This document shows, piece after piece, positions 22,251-25,321 of a stretch of 25,321 bases of DNA. A model generated the notes under the pieces. The model saw only the letters and a list, made by a program, of their open reading frames with translations. It was not told where the DNA came from and searched no databases. Source of the DNA: Octopus sinensis. Taxonomy: Eukaryota. The stretch is from contig NW_021836053.1 of NCBI RefSeq assembly GCF_006345805.1, forward strand, positions 1 to 25,321. The letters are read 5' to 3'. The position numbers and the translations under genes are program-made. Position 1 is the stretch's first letter. Each line of letters starts with the position of its first letter.

Positions 22251-22823
22251 GCCTGTTCAGAAGTTTACTAAAAATATAAACAGTTAAGAAACTATAATTC
22301 TTTGGTTTCATTTTATTGACCAGTCTCATAGTCATTCAAATACGTTTTAATGGCGAATTCCCTCTCATTTTATCGTCGTTAAATTTTCATTGTCGGGGGC
22401 GATTTCAGTTTCATTTTTGTCAGCCATATGTCAAAACAATTTTCACAATCTTCTTTTTAAATGTATTTTTTTCACGCTAAATTTTATTCATTCTCTCTCT
22501 TTCTCTTTCTCTCATTCCCCTTCTTTTTCTCTCACTCCTTCTCTCTTTCCCTAACTTCGATATTATCTAAATGAAAAACATTAAAAAAAAAATAACAAGG
22601 GGGTGTTTATTAAGAAATTCACTCAACTTTTATTTTATTTTAATTTAGTTATTAAAAATCAGAACCTTCAGCTAAAAGTGCTTTCAAAATTTTCAGAGTG
22701 TGAAAAATAATTCTAAACAAGTTTATGCACTGCTTCATGTGTAATCTCGTTGCGCATAAACTGAATAAATTTAGGCCTTTAATTTTTTTAAAAAAATGGA
22801 CAGCAATTTCTTTTTGTATATTA

Positions 22824-22855
<32 letters not shown>

Positions 22856-22972
22856 TTCTCTCTTTCCCACGCACATACTCAAACGCACACACACATACAA
22901 AAAATAAAATGTAAAAATCAGAAAATATAACTTGAAGGACTAATACATTTACACACAATTTTACAAATCCTG

Positions 22973-23019
<47 letters not shown>

Positions 23020-23022
<3 letters not shown>

Positions 23023-23260
23023 TTCAAAATTGTACAAAAACAAAAAGCAAAAGCAAGGACATGCGTAGGAACAACAAACAAAGTGTATTAATTGGACTTT
23101 TAGGAAAAACGAAAGAGTCTTCGACGTTTCGAACCTGCGCTCTTCTACAGAAAGAAATGAGGAGAGAAAACAGGATGGAGGGACGGAAAAAACAGAGAGA
23201 GAAAAAATATGTTAAATCTCAAGATGCAACGATGAAGGAAATGTAGTCGTGTACAGTCAT
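23020..23260 (-). mobile_element. Penelope-like pseudo-LTR remnant
   Basis: CT-rich tract, then a minimal hammerhead-like motif, then a T-rich tail ending in (TA)n on the minus strand. Confidence 0.5.
23118..23155 (-). ncRNA. Minimal hammerhead-like motif with non-canonical core
   Basis: Minus strand: tcttt-CTGTAGA-a-gagc-gcag-gttc-GAAAC-GTC^gaaga. Stems I and II pair, but A6 of CUGANGA is T. Confidence 0.5.
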
Positions 23261-23663
23261 AGTTAACACGTTCGAGTACACTGAGACGTGAGAAGACCTT
23301 CCGCTGCAGAAATAGTCCAGGGAGAAAATTCTACTCCTTGAAGACATGTGTGGAAACACATATTGGAATGTGAGTGACGTCGTTGGATCGTAGGGCGCAC
23401 GCGCTTTGGCGTTCTCTCATGTCGACTATAAACATTAAACCCGTTATTCACAGCCCGATAAGAAAGAATGCATTCCTATTCGAACAGCATACGGTAGGTG
23501 CATGTATGTATGCATATATATGTATATACATACATATATATTGCATGCATATATATAATATATATATATATATATATAATATTATATATATATATATTTC
23601 TATATATTATTATATATATAATATATATATTCATACATATATACAGTATATATATATATAATA

Positions 23664-24030
23664 CTAGCAGTATCGCCCGGCGTTGCTCAGGTTTGTAAGG
23701 AAATAACTATAAAGCATTTTTAGAGAGTTATAGCCAAAAAATAGAAAAAAAATGATGGTAAATTTTTTCCAGAGTTAAAAAAGGTGGAGTTGCCCCCCTA
23801 GACGGTCTGTGGTTTGGGTTTCTGATTCTCGACCCCATGTCGAATTTATCGATTTTTTCAGAACTGGGGGAACTTTTCAAAATTTTCGCTGCGTTAGTTT
23901 TGAATTATGACATTGGGCTTGTGTGTGTCAAGTTTCATCAGAATCGGTTGAAAGCCGTGGTCAGAGTGAGGGTACGAGAAACAGACACACAGAAACACGC
24001 ACGACAAACTGCCGTTTATATAGAGAGAGA
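23664..24030 (-). mobile_element. Complete non-autonomous Helitron (367 bp)
   Basis: Minus strand starts A|TC at 24030 and ends CTAG|T at 23664, with a subterminal GC-rich imperfect hairpin cctgagcaacgccggg (23676-23691) and no TSD. Confidence 0.88.
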
Positions 24031-24089
24031 TATATATTCTCAGAACCCACGTCTTATACTACTTATCTATCTAAATCTCTCTCTCTCTC

Positions 24090-24157
24090 TATATATATAA
24101 TATATATTTATATATGTATATTATATATATATGTATATTATATATATATTACTATAT

Positions 24158-24192
<35 letters not shown>

Positions 24193-24306
24193 GACCGAAA
24201 ATGAACCGAAACCGGTACTGAAATGTTCACTTAAAATTATTTTAGCATTTTCTATTTTTGACTTGTTTTTTCATATATAATATCTATATTATATATATCT
24301 ATATAT

Positions 24307-24366
<60 letters not shown>

Positions 24367-24371
24367 ATATA
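24090..24371. repeat. (TA)n-rich microsatellites
   Basis: Direct reading; interrupted at ~24192-24290. Confidence 0.85.
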
Positions 24372-24644
24372 GTTGGGTAATATTTTTGTTTTATTAGTTT
24401 AGACTTCGGACCTACAAGTTTCACCATTAACGACTTATTCAACCAAAATTTAAAATACGTGTAGATCCGTGTGTCATGTATGTACTGTACACAAATACAC
24501 AGACATGTACACGTACACACAAACACACAGACACACTCACATGCGTATATATGTACTGTACGTATGTTGTTTAACATACCTGGTAAAGCACACCAAAATA
24601 AGAGTATATTTCATTTGTAAGATACGTGGTTATTCACTCTATCA

Positions 24645-25010
24645 CTAGGGCAGCGGACTCGCGGTCATAGGATCGTGGTTTCGATTCCGAGACCGGGCGT
24701 TGTGAGTGTTTATTGAGCGAAAACACCTATAAGCTCCACGAGGCTCCGGCAGGGGATGGTGGTGATCCCTGCTGTACTCTTTCACCATAACTTTCTCTCA
24801 CTCTTACTTCTTGTTTCTGTTGTACCTGTATTTCAAGGGGCCGGCCTTGTCACTCTCTGTGTCACGCTGAATATCCCCGAGACTACGTTAAGTACACTGT
24901 CTGTGGAGTGCTCAGCCACTTACACGTTAATTTCACGAGCAGGCTGTTCTGTTGATTCGGATCAACCGCAACCCTCGTCGTCGTAACCGACGGAGTGCTT
25001 CACAAAAAGA
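24645..25010 (+). mobile_element. tRNA-derived SINE family C (Nin-domain-like)
   Basis: tRNA-like head tagggcagcggactcgcggtc...ggtttcgattcc, GC-rich body with cacttacacgttaa, A-rich end. Confidence 0.7.
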
Positions 25011-25321
25011 AAAATCCCGTTCAATATGATCCTTCACATAACAATGGAGGCCAATTGATTTCTAATATATTTTGGAAGGATCGTATCGAGCTGGAAACTC
25101 TGAATAACGATGGAATGAACAAACTTTGTCTCTGTCTGTCTGTCTCTCTCTCACTCTGTCTCTTTCTCTCACTCTGTTTCTCTCTCCCTCTCTCACTGTT
25201 TCTCTCTCACTCTGTCTCTCTCTCACACACAGACAAAAAGCACACACACACTCTCAAAGGTACATACACATGTGTATATGTATGTGCATTTGTGTGTATG
25301 TATATAACATATTATGTATCA

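Noticed and set aside
24192-24455. Hammerhead-like fragments (GAAACCGGTA at 24208 on +; GAAACttgtagGTC near 24408-24422 on -)
   Set aside because: No intact CTGANGA core or convincing stems; at most decayed Penelope ends.
24645-24700. tRNA gene
   Set aside because: Only a tRNA-derived SINE head; no complete cloverleaf. The same applies to heads at 13561, 15769 and 21200.

Overview
Very AT-rich, microsatellite-saturated animal DNA with no recognisable host protein-coding exon. The repeat landscape looks like an octopus/coleoid cephalopod intergenic or intronic region (inference). Main contents: (1) a ~1.8 kb non-coding Penelope-like/retrozyme-like insertion at 2454-4291, bounded by ~285-bp, ~98% identical inverted repeats, each carrying a complete type I hammerhead ribozyme facing outward; (2) a head-to-tail stack of three different R4/Dong-clade RLE retrotransposons in (TAA)n tracts at 17234-20433, comprising a short internally deleted derivative, a 5'-truncated copy with an open 431-aa ORF, and a decayed copy; (3) a second copy of the deleted element's 5' part, placed at a mariner break and interrupted by a CR1-type LINE 3' end; (4) three tRNA-derived SINE families, a complete non-autonomous Helitron, an old foldback element, a 110-bp loopless palindrome, a degenerate 40-50/90-bp minisatellite and many microsatellites. 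Most ORF-track entries are artefacts of simple repeats.
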